Shown in pieces: positions 1 through 9,848 of a stretch of 64,000 nt of DNA. A program made the translations under genes and the position numbers. Source of the DNA: a bacterium (GTDB lineage Bacteria > Zhuqueibacterota > Zhuqueibacteria > Residuimicrobiales > Residuimicrobiaceae); assembly GCA_035353815.1 (NCBI GenBank), contig DAOQAG010000009.1, positions 29,691-93,690 on the forward strand. The letters are read 5' to 3'. How positions within the stretch are numbered: position 1 is the first letter of the stretch; every line of letters begins with the position of its first letter. The notes below the pieces were generated by a model. That model was not told where the DNA came from. It was given only the letters and a program-made list of their open reading frames with translations, and did no database searches.

Positions 1-572
1 ATGGCATCCTCAATATCTATGAGGACGAAAACGCCTTCACGCTCAGGGATGGCCCGTACCGGACCCTGGAACGGCCGATGAGCCGGACCAATGACGGGCA
101 GACGACCAGCACCTTCCGTGAGCAGAGCTGCTACGAGAGCGTCCTCGGCAGCCGGGCCCGCTCCGGCGAGCAGCTGGCGATCTGGGAAGCAGTCTATGGA
201 CCGGTCGCTGCGGATGGCTATCCCCAGCCGCTCTGGGACCCCCGAACCGGCCGGATCGACCATGCGGTGGCCGAGTATATGCGAGAGCATGGCTATGATC
301 TGCGCTACTTTCTGGAAGAGCACTGGGCTGAACTGGGACCCAAGCTCAAGGGCAAGCTCCATATCTTCTGCGGCGATATGGACAACCTCTACCTCAACCT
401 TGGCGTCTATCTCTTGCAGGATTTTCTCGAAAAGAGCGATCACCCTCCCTACGCGGGCTCTTTTCAGTACGGCCGGCCGCTGAAGGGGCATGGCTGGCGC
501 CCGATGAACAATTACCAGCTGGTCCGCACGATGGGCGACTCGATCCTCCACCATCGCCCCGCCGGACACTAG
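1..572 (+). CDS. C-terminal fragment of a conserved hypothetical protein (gene starts upstream of the window)
   Basis: Frame 3 is open from position 3 to TAG at 570-572; track ORF 78..572 is only its ATG-limited part. Composition is balanced and non-repetitive (LHIFCGDMDNLYLNLGVYLLQDFLE, GRPLKGHGWRPM). A strong terminator hairpin follows. Family not recognised with certainty. Confidence 0.6.
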   Translation, partial: GILNIYEDENAFTLRDGPYRTLERPMSRTNDGQTTSTFREQSCYESVLGSRARSGEQLAIWEAVYGPVAADGYPQPLWDPRTGRIDHAVAEYMREHGYDLRYFLEEHWAELGPKLKGKLHIFCGDMDNLYLNLGVYLLQDFLEKSDHPPYAGSFQYGRPLKGHGWRPMNNYQLVRTMGDSILHHRPAGH

Positions 573-591
573 CCCGCCGCGAAACCATAAG

Positions 592-628
592 AAAAAGGTG
601 AAGATCAAGGATCTTCACCTTTTTTTTG
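592..628. terminator. bidirectional intrinsic terminator between convergent genes
   Basis: Perfect inverted repeat AAGGTGAAGATC (595-606) / GATCTTCACCTT (610-621), flanked by an A-run on the left and T7 on the right. It gives hairpin plus U-run on both strands. It lies between stop codons at 570-572 (+) and 648-650 (-). Confidence 0.75.
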
Positions 629-647
629 ACTACGCTTGATTCAGGAC

Positions 648-2240
648 TTAGCGGATATAGGTCATCTTGCGGATCGCCTTCTGGCTGCCGATCTGCAGGC
701 TGTAGTAATAGACGCCGCCCGCCACCAGGGCACCGGTGTCATCAGAGCCGTCCCAGATGCGGGTATAGGCCCCGGCCGCCTGCTTCTGATCCACCAGGGT
801 GCGCACTTTCTGGCCGAGCAGGTTGTAAATCGCCAGATGCACCTGCTGCGCCGACTGCGTCGTGTAGCTGATGCTCGTGCTGGGATTGAAGGGATTGGGA
901 TAATTCTGCTCCAGGGTGAACACCGCCGGAGCGATCGTCTGCGCTTTATTGGCGACACCGGTCTTCACCCAGGCCTCCCAGGCCGTCTTGCGGGCAGGGA
1001 ACCAGTTCAGGTCGCCGAGCGGAAATCCGCCCTCAGCCGCGGTGTAGGAGGCCTTGGTGGTCGGATAGGAGAAATCATAGGGCGGATTGGAGTAATCGAA
1101 ACCCACCTCATTGGCGCTGCCGCCCGAGCCGGGGACCGAATGGACCTTGGTGCTCATTTCAATGGACTTGCAGACCGGGGCTTTGGTGAAACCGGGATCC
1201 TCGCTGATCCAGGTGAGCGTATCGGCGCCAATAACCCTGGCGGAGAGGAAATCCAGGTTGACATAGCGATGCACGGTGTCCGCGTAGACGGTATAAACCG
1301 CGGGGTCGAGCCAGAAATTGTTGTTGACGGTCTTGATCTTTTGCGTCAGATTCAGCTTGGTCACGAAGGTATCCTGGACCAGCGGGCACAATTCGATCCG
1401 GCTCCATTCGTCGCGGTCTTCGAGAATCGACAGCCAGGCCGGATTCGAGTATTCCTTGATCCAGTAGCTGTCGTAGCCGATAAAGCCGGTCTGGATGACG
1501 AGGCTGTTGGTCATGGTGATGTCCGGGGATTCGCAGATGCGCAACGGGCAGGTCATGACATTGTAGATGGTGAGATGGTCCGCCTTGAAATAGCGCTCTT
1601 GCCCGCCAAAGCGGTTAAAGACCGTGTGGAAGAGGTTGTAGAAGGTCGAGTTGACGATCACGATCGAATCCGCAAAGGTCGAGCGTCCATCGATGAAGCG
1701 GCCGGTCTTGTTGCTCGTGCCGGAATTGTGATCGATGACGTCCGAGGCGAAGATGCTGCAGAAATTCTGGTTCATGAGGATCACGCGGGAGCTGATGCTG
1801 TCGAATTCGCAGTTCTTCACGGTAATCTTGACGCCCTGGGTGCCGGTCTCGATCAGGGTGCCGGCGCGGCTGCCGGCCGAGGTAACGCCGGAAAAGCTGA
1901 TGCCATCCAGGGTCAGTTTTTTAAAGGGCTTGTAGGGGGTGGCAAAGGAGCCGGATTCATCCACGAGAATCTTGACAAAGGGGCGGTCGAGAGTGGCATC
2001 GCCGGTCGCTTTGAGCGTCAGATTAAAATTGGCGGCAATTTGACCGAGGGTGAAATAGACCGCGCCGCGCTGCAAGCCATACTCGGTATATTTGCGCGCG
2101 CCGGTAGCGGTGGTATCGCCTTTGATCGTCGAGACCAGCTCGGTCAGGGCCGGCAGTTCGCGGTACTGCGCCGGCGCGATGGACGCAAAGGCCAGCAGAA
2201 ACATAATAAGGGCTAGAGAGATGGTACAAACTTTCTTCAT
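648..2240 (-). CDS. secreted parallel-beta-helix-like protein with T9SS type-A C-terminal sorting domain (candidate surface glycan-binding protein or lyase), copy 1
   Basis: ATG at 2240 with AAGGAG 6 nt upstream. Signal peptide MKKVCTISLALIMFLLAFASIAPAQ. Asn/Thr-ladder style repeats (VKNCEFD, VIDHNSG, GRFIDGR, IVNSTFYN, DHLTIYN, MTNSLV). C-terminus LEQNYPNPFNPSTSISY...GVYYYSLQIGSQKAIRKMTYIR matches the Por/T9SS sorting-tail pattern. Homologous to 36582..38198. Confidence 0.85.
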   Translation of the reverse strand: MKKVCTISLALIMFLLAFASIAPAQYRELPALTELVSTIKGDTTATGARKYTEYGLQRGAVYFTLGQIAANFNLTLKATGDATLDRPFVKILVDESGSFATPYKPFKKLTLDGISFSGVTSAGSRAGTLIETGTQGVKITVKNCEFDSISSRVILMNQNFCSIFASDVIDHNSGTSNKTGRFIDGRSTFADSIVIVNSTFYNLFHTVFNRFGGQERYFKADHLTIYNVMTCPLRICESPDITMTNSLVIQTGFIGYDSYWIKEYSNPAWLSILEDRDEWSRIELCPLVQDTFVTKLNLTQKIKTVNNNFWLDPAVYTVYADTVHRYVNLDFLSARVIGADTLTWISEDPGFTKAPVCKSIEMSTKVHSVPGSGGSANEVGFDYSNPPYDFSYPTTKASYTAAEGGFPLGDLNWFPARKTAWEAWVKTGVANKAQTIAPAVFTLEQNYPNPFNPSTSISYTTQSAQQVHLAIYNLLGQKVRTLVDQKQAAGAYTRIWDGSDDTGALVAGGVYYYSLQIGSQKAIRKMTYIR

Positions 2241-2565
2241 GAAATACTCCTTCTCGTTTTGCCGGGTCCTTTTTGGCGAGGGCCAACGGCGAATTCCGGA
2301 TGAATCCCCTGCTGTTGCCGCCTGAACTTCCCGTCTGACAGCGGTACAACCGCGGGCCGGGGCTGGGTCGTCCAGGCCGATGGGTGGCGGCTGCTGTCAG
2401 GCCGTGCGAACTCCTACCATGACTCGCGATTCCGTTCACTGCGCTACCCGCAGTGACTCATGATCCTCACCTCCTTCAGCTTGATTCTGTCCATGATCTG
2501 GATTTGACGCCCCATCTGGTTTTCACACCGTCTGATGCCGTCCGGGGTCAAGGACGGCCGTCTGT

Positions 2566-5463
2566 CTAAAACTCGTACTGAAATCCCAGATCGATGGTCC
2601 GGCCGTAGCGTTCCCGCCGGGTGAAGTACTTTTTATAGGGAATGTAGGATTTTTCTTCCTGGTCGGTCAGATTATTGAGCTGAGCGATGCATTTCATGCC
2701 CTTGAAGAGGCGCTGCTGCATGACCAGATCCCAACGCACAAAGTCATCATTGATGCCGTCGTTTTCCCTGGCCTGCGCGACCGATTGCAGGGAATTGCCC
2801 TGGTAGGTCATCGAAAGCCGGCCGGAGAATCCCTTTTTCTCGTAACCGAGGGTGAGATTGGCGATCTGATCCGCCTGACCGATCATTCGCCCGACCCGGG
2901 CGGTATCGAGTACAGTGGTCACGACATAGGGGGGGCGGGTGATATAGGAGGTCTTGAAAACCACATAGGGATAGCTGGTTTCCGAGTGGATCCGGGAGTA
3001 GTTGGCATAGAGGACAATGCCATCCAGCGGGCGCGGCAGGAACTTGAAATTGGTCTGCATTTCGAACTCGAATCCCTTGACGATGGATTCGTACGGCAAG
3101 TTTTCCGGGGTCGTCACCGTCCACCCTTTCAGATTGGAGAGATAGGGCGCGTAATACCCGGAGCGCTTCGGCGTGGTGCGGACATAGTCGATATTATCGA
3201 CGGTTTTATAGAACCCGCCCATGCTGAATAGGCCAAAGGTATTATAGAAGGAGAGATAGGCATCATAGTTATCCGCCGTCGTCTCCTTGAGCTGGGAATT
3301 CCCGTACTGCAGGGTGAGGAGGTCCCACTGGATCAGCTCATAGGGAATCAGATTGTAGAAATCGGGCCGGGTCAGGGAGCGGGTCGAGGCGAGGCGGAGG
3401 TCAAACCAGGAAGCGGGTTTGATGCGCAGCTGGAACATCGGCAGCCAGTTGCCATAGGTCCGCGAACCGAGGGTATCGTTGAACGCCGGCGCAATGCGCT
3501 TGCCGCCTTCGGATTGCAGCGGACTGAGCATCTTGCTGGCATAATCGGTGTTGGTATACTCATAGCGCACGCCGGGCATGAAGATGAGCAGATCCTTCCA
3601 CTTGAGTTCCGCCATGATATAGCCCGCGGTGATGGTTTCGCCGGCGTTATAGTCCTGCGCATCAATCTCCGGATGCGGCGTCTGATGATAGACGGTGTCG
3701 AAGGTGGTGGCGAACCAGTGGAGCTTGTCCAGGTCGATCACTTCATTGAAGGCATAATCCCCCTTGAGGAAATTCGCGTAGGCGCTTTGGGAAGGATCGA
3801 TAAAATTGGCCAGGGCGATATCCCCCTTATGGTTGCGCGCCTCTGTGAACATGCCGGGATTGGCGAGGTTGACGGGTACGGGCACATACCAGCGGGAACC
3901 GCCCCACTGCGAGACGTCCTTGCTGCGCTTGGCCGAATGGATCTTGCCCCCGAACTTGATATCGGCGGAGAGGGCCTTGCCGAGCTGCAGGGGGTACTTG
4001 ATATCCAGCTGACCGGTGGTGCTGTGGTCATCGGTCTGACGCTTCTCCTGCACCGTCCAGTTGAGCCAGGCCGCCACGGCATCATTCAGGGCGTAGCCGG
4101 GCACCCGCTGCGGATCGACGCTTTCGATCGGCATGGCGCTGGAAAAACCGCCGTCCTCCTCAAACTCGAATGCGACGTAATCGGGTACCTTCTCGGTCGT
4201 CTTGGAGTAGGAAGCACGCCAGTTCACCTCGGCTTTGCCAAAGGCGTGATTGCCCATCAAAGAATTGGTCCAGACGGTCACGGAAGGATCCTGCTCATTA
4301 TAATTGCGGAAATGGATATGGTTGGCGACCTCATAATCGTGCGAGATCGTCTGGATATCGCGGTCGGTGCGCCCCCAGAGACTGCTCAGGATGAGATCAT
4401 GGTTCTGGGCAATATGGTAATCCGCGGCCAGGTTCAGGCTGTAGCGGTCACGGGTCTCAAAATGATTGGTCAGGGCGATGGTGGAGGTGACATACTGCGG
4501 GAGATTGTTTTTCAGTCCGATCCAGCGATAGCTGCCGCTGAGGAGATTGGAGCCGCGGTCGGCGCGTTGCAGGCTGCCGGAGAGGACGACACCCAGGCGG
4601 GAAGTACCCTGCTCATCGCGCAAAAACCGGTTGCTGTAGGTGAGACTGCCTTTATAATTGCCATAATTATCGGCCAGCTGGTTATAGCCGCTGAAGAGGC
4701 GCGCCACCATATGGGCGCCTTCCGGGGCTTTCTTGGAGATAAAATTGATGCTGCCACCGATGGCGTCCCCATCCAGATCCGGACGCAGGGCTTTGTACAC
4801 TTCGATTCCGGCGAGCACATCGGGGGAGATCATCGAGAGGTCGACGGAACGGTCGTCCGTCGAAGCAGGCAGCCGTTCGCCATTGACGGTTACCGCACTG
4901 AATCGCGGCGACAGACCGCGCACGACGACCTTCTGCCCCTCCCCGGCATCGCGCTGAATGGCGATGCCCGGAAGACGCGAGAGCGACTCTGCAGCATTTT
5001 GGTCGGGCATCTCCTGGATCTTGTCCTTGGAGACGACATTGACGATGGTGTTGGAACGGATCTGCTGGTTGATGGCAGCCACCTGCCCCTCCATCTGGGC
5101 GGTGACCGTTACCGACTGCATCTTGATCGCCTCCAGCTCGAGCCTGACCTCGACCTGGGCCGTCTCGCCCGGCTTGATCTGCAGGGCCACTTCTTTCCCT
5201 TTATAGCCGATATAGGTGATGCGCAGGGCCTGGGCGCCGTCCGGAGCGCGCAGGATGCGAAAGCGGCCCTCGAGATCGGTAACGGCACCGAGCGTGGTCC
5301 CTTTGATGATGACATTGGCGCCGGGCAGGGGGTTGCCGCTGCTTTTATCCTTGACGATGCCGGTCAGGGTGGCATTTCCTGCGGAACCCAGGACGACCGG
5401 TGCGGCGCAGCAAAGGACCAGGATCAGAAGAATCAGAATTCGATAAAAGCCGGTTGATTTCAT
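2566..5463 (-). CDS. TonB-dependent receptor with N-terminal CarboxypepD_reg-like domain (carbohydrate-type TBDR), copy 1
   Basis: ATG at 5463 with GGAGG 5 nt upstream; the track ORF extension to 5700 is Arg/Cys-rich junk. Has a signal peptide, GIVKDKSSGNPLPGANVIIKGTTLGAVTDLEGRF (CarboxypepD_reg), and plug motifs (QNAAESLSRLPGIAIQRDAGEG, VVVRGLSPRF, AGIEVYKALRPDLDGDAIGGSINF). Large barrel ending in aromatic ...GFQYEF. Confidence 0.9.
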   Translation of the reverse strand: MKSTGFYRILILLILVLCCAAPVVLGSAGNATLTGIVKDKSSGNPLPGANVIIKGTTLGAVTDLEGRFRILRAPDGAQALRITYIGYKGKEVALQIKPGETAQVEVRLELEAIKMQSVTVTAQMEGQVAAINQQIRSNTIVNVVSKDKIQEMPDQNAAESLSRLPGIAIQRDAGEGQKVVVRGLSPRFSAVTVNGERLPASTDDRSVDLSMISPDVLAGIEVYKALRPDLDGDAIGGSINFISKKAPEGAHMVARLFSGYNQLADNYGNYKGSLTYSNRFLRDEQGTSRLGVVLSGSLQRADRGSNLLSGSYRWIGLKNNLPQYVTSTIALTNHFETRDRYSLNLAADYHIAQNHDLILSSLWGRTDRDIQTISHDYEVANHIHFRNYNEQDPSVTVWTNSLMGNHAFGKAEVNWRASYSKTTEKVPDYVAFEFEEDGGFSSAMPIESVDPQRVPGYALNDAVAAWLNWTVQEKRQTDDHSTTGQLDIKYPLQLGKALSADIKFGGKIHSAKRSKDVSQWGGSRWYVPVPVNLANPGMFTEARNHKGDIALANFIDPSQSAYANFLKGDYAFNEVIDLDKLHWFATTFDTVYHQTPHPEIDAQDYNAGETITAGYIMAELKWKDLLIFMPGVRYEYTNTDYASKMLSPLQSEGGKRIAPAFNDTLGSRTYGNWLPMFQLRIKPASWFDLRLASTRSLTRPDFYNLIPYELIQWDLLTLQYGNSQLKETTADNYDAYLSFYNTFGLFSMGGFYKTVDNIDYVRTTPKRSGYYAPYLSNLKGWTVTTPENLPYESIVKGFEFEMQTNFKFLPRPLDGIVLYANYSRIHSETSYPYVVFKTSYITRPPYVVTTVLDTARVGRMIGQADQIANLTLGYEKKGFSGRLSMTYQGNSLQSVAQARENDGINDDFVRWDLVMQQRLFKGMKCIAQLNNLTDQEEKSYIPYKKYFTRRERYGRTIDLGFQYEF

Positions 5464-5696
5464 CGACGCCTCCAACGGGGGTAAAAGGAGTGAACCCGAG
5501 TGCATTATTTCAGTTCCCCTTTTTTTCGCATGCATGTTACAATTTCCTCCCCTTCTTTGCATGTTCGAGCGTTCAAATCTTCGGTCTGCAGGTAAAAAAT
5601 CGAGCACAAACCGGCCGGGTCTTCGGGCCTGTCGCGAAAAACAGGCCCAAAGACAAACCGCCCGGCTGCAGGGAACCCTCCCTCTCCAGGAGCGGT

Positions 5697-8600
5697 TCAA
5701 TGCTCTTTTTTGGTGTGAAATTCCGAAGGGGATTGGCCAAAATGCTTCTTGAAGAGTTTGGTAAAGTGGGATGCATCCTTGAAGCCAACCTGATAGGCGA
5801 TCTGGGTGACGTTGAGGTCGGAATCCCGCAGCAGCTGTGCGCCGCGTTTCAGACGCATAACATGAATAAACTCCTGCACGGAGTAGCCGGTCAGCGTGCG
5901 CAATTTGTGGTAGAGGCTGACGCGGCTCATACCGATCTCCCTGCTGAATTCATCGACATTGAATTCCGCTTCGCCGAGATGCGCCTCGCTGACCGCCATC
6001 ACCCGGCGCAGGAACTTTTCATCCGCGGAGGTAATGGCGATTTCATTGGGCTGCACTACGATCTGCCGCCTGAACCGCGCCTGCAGCCGCATGCGCGAGA
6101 TCAGCAGATTATCGATGCGCGCCCGGAGCTCTTCCGCGCTGAAGGGTTTGGTGAGGTAGTCATCGGCGCCAGTCTCCAGCCCTTTCATCTTGGCCGGATG
6201 CGAGCTGCGCGCTGTCAGGAGAATGACCGGGATATGGCTGCAGCGTTCATCGCTCTTGATGCGCCGGCACAATTCCAGACCGTCCATTTCGGGCATCATC
6301 ACATCGCTGACAATGATATCGGGGAGGATGCGGGGGATCATTTCGCACGCGACAGCGCCATTCTCCGCTTCATAGATCCGGCCATCTTCTGCGAGTTCTT
6401 CGCGGATATAGCGGCGCATCTCACTGTTGTCCTCTACTAGCAAAATTTTGCGTCCCATTTCCCGTCCCGCCGCAGTGGCGATGCGGCCGGGGGCGGCGGG
6501 ATCCGCCAGCGCTGCGGCGTCAGCGGCGGCGCGGGCATCACCCGAAGGCCGTGCCGCGGGGCTGGCGGCGCCGGCATCTGCAGAAGGCGGCGGCGCGGCG
6601 CTGGCGGTGCAGGCGGCGACGGGCAGGAAGACCGTAAAGGTCGAGCCCCGGCCAAATTCGCTGTCGACACGAATCTCGCCGCCATGGAGTGCGACCAGTT
6701 CCCGGGTTAAGGCGAGGCCGACGCCCGTGCCGCCTCGCTGCATGCCGCGGGGATCCTCGATCTGGTAGAAGCGGTCAAAGACGTACTTTTGTTTGTTTTT
6801 CGGAATGCCGATGCCGCTGTCGGCGACCCGGATGGCCAGCCAGCCGCCCTGCTCCTGTTGGTGCGGCTGCCGCGTTTTCACGGTAGAGTTTGGTTCACGG
6901 CCCGCAGCATGATCGACCGTCAGCCGGATCGTGCCGCCAGCCGGCGTAAACTTGATGGCATTGGAGAGCAGGTTGAAAAGAATTTTTTCCATCTTTTCGG
7001 CGTCAAATTCCATGAACAGCACGGAGATCGCACTCTCGCAACGGAAATCGATGCCCTTTTCAGCGGCCATGGGATGGAGATCGGCAGCGCTCTTGTGGAT
7101 AACTTCGATCAGGTCCGCCCGCGTCGCAGTGAAGGTGAGCCGGCCCGCGGTCATCTTTTGGAAATCAAGGGACAAGGTGACCTGGCGCAGCAGGCGTGCG
7201 CAATTGGCCGAGATGATCTCGAGCCGGGGTTTGAGCCCGGCCTCGCCGCCAAGGGCTCGCTGCAGATGCGGCAACTGGCCCATGATCAGCGTCAGGGGCG
7301 TGCGGAATTCATGCGAGATGTTGGTGAAGAGGTTCTGGCGCGCATCGGAAAGCTCCTGAATCGTCCGGTTGCGGTGGTAGAGACGATAGACAAAACCGGC
7401 AATGATGACGAGAAAGGAGACCATCAGCGCGATAAACCAGCTTTGTTTCCATACCGGCGGGATGACATAAAAGGTGACGCGCGCCGGCTGGGTATCCAGG
7501 TTGAGATCGCGGTCACGCGCCCGGACCTCGAAGGAATGGTGGCCGTCGCCGACGGCGAGAAGGACCTCGCTGTTCTTGCTGCTGAACTCGGACCAGGGCT
7601 GGTCATCAAGCCGGCAGGAGTATTTGAGCTGCTGCCCGGGTGTATTCTCCCAGGGATCCAGGGCAGCCCAGGAGATCAGGACGTTCCCCGGCGGGGCGAT
7701 GCGATCCTGGGCATAGGTGATAACCGTTTCCGGTGGCAGCCCATCCGGCCGGTAGCGGATGGTGGTGAACTCACCGTCGCTGGCGTGCGGCGAATGGCGT
7801 ACGGCGCGCCGGTACCAGGTGCGCGAGACATGATTGATCCACAGGCTCCCGTCCGCTGTCCGGCGAAGGGTGCCGCCTTCATTGGTCATCCGGCGCACAT
7901 CGGGGAAGACGTTGGCCGACCAGCTTTGGCCGTCGAAATGACAGATATCCTGATCCGTCGCCACCCAGACATTGCTGTCGCTGCAGGCCAGGATGCTGAT
8001 GATGGTGTTGCTCGAGAGGCCGTTTTCGCTCGTGTAGCGGAGCCAGGCACCGTTGCGGGCGTTCCGGCAAAAGACCCCGTTGGAGCGTGTCCCCATCCAC
8101 AGGCTGTGTGCCGGCGAGGTGCTGATGCAGTCGATAAAATTCTCGACCAGGGCGCGCGGCCCGTTCACCGTGGTCCAGCGCCCGTCTGCCGGATCGAGGG
8201 TGAAGAGCCCGAGCTGGCCGACCCAGAGCAGGCTGTCCGGGCTTTCGCCAATCCCGTAGGTGCCGGAGAGTGGAAAATGATCATCGAAATAGTAAGAGTC
8301 GGCCTTGCGCTCCGCCCCTGCCGCCGCGGCGGGCCGCAGCCGGACCAGGCCGCCGCGGCAGCCCGGCAGGCGCGATTGTTCCATATCGACGTTGCCGCCG
8401 AACCAGAGCGAGCCGTCCATGGCTTCAAAGTGGGTGCGGTAATCAAGGCCCCAGGAGATCCTGGGGTGCTCCTGCAGATGCCAGCGCATACCGTCAAAGC
8501 GGGCGGTGGCGGCGACGCGATCATGGCTGCCCGCAGCCCAGAGCTCGCCGCCGCGGGTGAAGTAAAGGGCGCCGGGGGCATCCATCAGGCCGTCGCGCAC

Positions 8601-9848
8601 GTCAAAGGCAGTCCAGCGCGTCATCGCCGAATCGCAACGGACGGCCTGGCCCGCGGCGGAGAGGAACCAGCACTCGCCGCGCGGGCTCTCGGCTTCAAAG
8701 ATGAGTCCGCTCATGGTCTGCCACATCCGGGTGGCATAATCCAGGCGTTTGATCTCCGATCCCAGGCCGCCGATCCACAGGCTGCCGTCCCGGGTTTCAT
8801 AGAGGAACAGGCGGTTGGCCGGAATCGGCAGATCGGCGCTCTCATAGATCGACCAGCGCCCTTCCTTCAGGGCATAGAGAAACCCGAGTCCGCCCACCAG
8901 CAGGGTCCCGTGCTTCGATTCGAGCAGTCCGGTGTGCACATTGCTGCAGCCGAACATCCTTCCGAGGTCGACCTCATGCCAGCGTCCGGCCGCGAAAATA
9001 TTGACGCCGGTATGGCTCTGCTGGCTGACGACGAAGAGACGTCCATCCCGCGTTCGCAGGATCTGCGGAAATTCGCCGAGCGCAAAGCCCGGCGCGGTAT
9101 CCTGACGCCGCCAGACCGGAGCTGCGGCCGGCGCCGGACCGGCTGATTCGAGGGTGTAAATCTTGCCGTCGCGCAGACCGACCCACAGCCGCGCCGTGCT
9201 GTCGGCGAACAGGGCATAGACATCGAAGGAGGGCAAACGCTCGAGCCCCGCGCCGCGGCGTATCCCCGCACCGTCAGACTCCAGCGGGAAGACCCCCTCG
9301 GGGCGGAAGATGGCATAATGCTCACCGGCGATGCGCAGCAAGCCCTGGTGTGTGCCGATCCAGATGCTGCAGTCGGCGGTCTCGATGATGGGGTATTTGT
9401 TGTTGGGATAATCGAGGGTATCGGCAAAATCGAGATCGAGCGCCAGCGGCTGCCACGCCGCCCCCGGCCGGCAGCGGCTGATGCCCCGCGGCGTGCCGGC
9501 GAAGATGGTGCCGTCCTGCGCGGCGCAGAGGGCTACGACCGGTGTGGAGGGAAACCGCGGATCCACCGGCGCGGAGCTCCAGTTCATGCCATCATAACGG
9601 ATGACCCCGCTGGAAACGCCGAACCAGAGGGCGCCCGTGCGGTCCTCGACCATGCAGCGGCAGCCCTTGCCACTGAGCATGGCAAAGGTCTGCCAGCGGT
9701 AGGGCTCGACCAGGGGATCTTCATAGACCGGCTTGAAGGGAATGGCGCCGCGCGATCCGGGCGCCAGGAACAGCAGCGCGCCGGTCAGCGCCACCACGAA
9801 TCGCCGCAGCGATGCCGGAAAAACACTCCATTGATCAATGGTCGGCAT
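5697..9848 (-). CDS. hybrid two-component system regulator (periplasmic beta-propeller/Y_Y_Y sensor, histidine kinase, receiver, AraC-type HTH)
   Basis: 1383 aa. Contains an N-terminal signal/anchor, many propeller-type repeats (LWVGT, LWIGG, LWFGG), a Y_Y_Y-like segment (YSCRLDDQPWSEF...HSFEVRARD) and a TM (WFIALMVSFLVIIAGFVY). HisKA (ISHEFRTPLT), HATPase (GTGVGLALTRELVALHGGEIRV), REC (ILLVEDN...DVMMPEMDGLEL...ILLTA...GADDYLTKPF) and AraC HTH (IAYQVGFKDASHFTKLFKKHFG) follow. Confidence 0.92.
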   Translation of the reverse strand: MPTIDQWSVFPASLRRFVVALTGALLFLAPGSRGAIPFKPVYEDPLVEPYRWQTFAMLSGKGCRCMVEDRTGALWFGVSSGVIRYDGMNWSSAPVDPRFPSTPVVALCAAQDGTIFAGTPRGISRCRPGAAWQPLALDLDFADTLDYPNNKYPIIETADCSIWIGTHQGLLRIAGEHYAIFRPEGVFPLESDGAGIRRGAGLERLPSFDVYALFADSTARLWVGLRDGKIYTLESAGPAPAAAPVWRRQDTAPGFALGEFPQILRTRDGRLFVVSQQSHTGVNIFAAGRWHEVDLGRMFGCSNVHTGLLESKHGTLLVGGLGFLYALKEGRWSIYESADLPIPANRLFLYETRDGSLWIGGLGSEIKRLDYATRMWQTMSGLIFEAESPRGECWFLSAAGQAVRCDSAMTRWTAFDVRDGLMDAPGALYFTRGGELWAAGSHDRVAATARFDGMRWHLQEHPRISWGLDYRTHFEAMDGSLWFGGNVDMEQSRLPGCRGGLVRLRPAAAAGAERKADSYYFDDHFPLSGTYGIGESPDSLLWVGQLGLFTLDPADGRWTTVNGPRALVENFIDCISTSPAHSLWMGTRSNGVFCRNARNGAWLRYTSENGLSSNTIISILACSDSNVWVATDQDICHFDGQSWSANVFPDVRRMTNEGGTLRRTADGSLWINHVSRTWYRRAVRHSPHASDGEFTTIRYRPDGLPPETVITYAQDRIAPPGNVLISWAALDPWENTPGQQLKYSCRLDDQPWSEFSSKNSEVLLAVGDGHHSFEVRARDRDLNLDTQPARVTFYVIPPVWKQSWFIALMVSFLVIIAGFVYRLYHRNRTIQELSDARQNLFTNISHEFRTPLTLIMGQLPHLQRALGGEAGLKPRLEIISANCARLLRQVTLSLDFQKMTAGRLTFTATRADLIEVIHKSAADLHPMAAEKGIDFRCESAISVLFMEFDAEKMEKILFNLLSNAIKFTPAGGTIRLTVDHAAGREPNSTVKTRQPHQQEQGGWLAIRVADSGIGIPKNKQKYVFDRFYQIEDPRGMQRGGTGVGLALTRELVALHGGEIRVDSEFGRGSTFTVFLPVAACTASAAPPPSADAGAASPAARPSGDARAAADAAALADPAAPGRIATAAGREMGRKILLVEDNSEMRRYIREELAEDGRIYEAENGAVACEMIPRILPDIIVSDVMMPEMDGLELCRRIKSDERCSHIPVILLTARSSHPAKMKGLETGADDYLTKPFSAEELRARIDNLLISRMRLQARFRRQIVVQPNEIAITSADEKFLRRVMAVSEAHLGEAEFNVDEFSREIGMSRVSLYHKLRTLTGYSVQEFIHVMRLKRGAQLLRDSDLNVTQIAYQVGFKDASHFTKLFKKHFGQSPSEFHTKKEH

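Noticed and set aside
636-2216. 526-aa plus-strand ORF covering the same DNA as the T9SS-tailed protein gene
   Set aside because: It is an antisense shadow ORF of a GC-rich gene. The sequence is Gly/Ala/Arg/Asp-rich and low-complexity, with no signal, motif or RBS. The minus-strand frame has a signal peptide, RBS and T9SS tail.
2534-2560. Hairpin GCCGTCC-N8-GGACGGC right after the TBDR copy 1 stop, considered as a terminator (likewise GGGCCTGT-N8-ACAGGCCC at 5625-5648 after the HTCS)
   Set aside because: No adjacent U-run on the transcribed strand. These may be RNA-stability or processing elements, but they are not supportable as intrinsic terminators.
3514-5457. 647-aa plus-strand ORF antisense to TBDR copy 1 (similarly 38279..39577 and 40064..41299 opposite TBDR copy 2)
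   Set aside because: These are shadow ORFs with monotonous G/A/D/I/L composition and no family resemblance. The opposite frames are unmistakable TonB-dependent receptors.
6789-9146. 785-aa plus-strand ORF antisense to the HTCS
   Set aside because: It is a shadow ORF. The minus frame contains HisKA, HATPase, REC and AraC motifs in the correct order.
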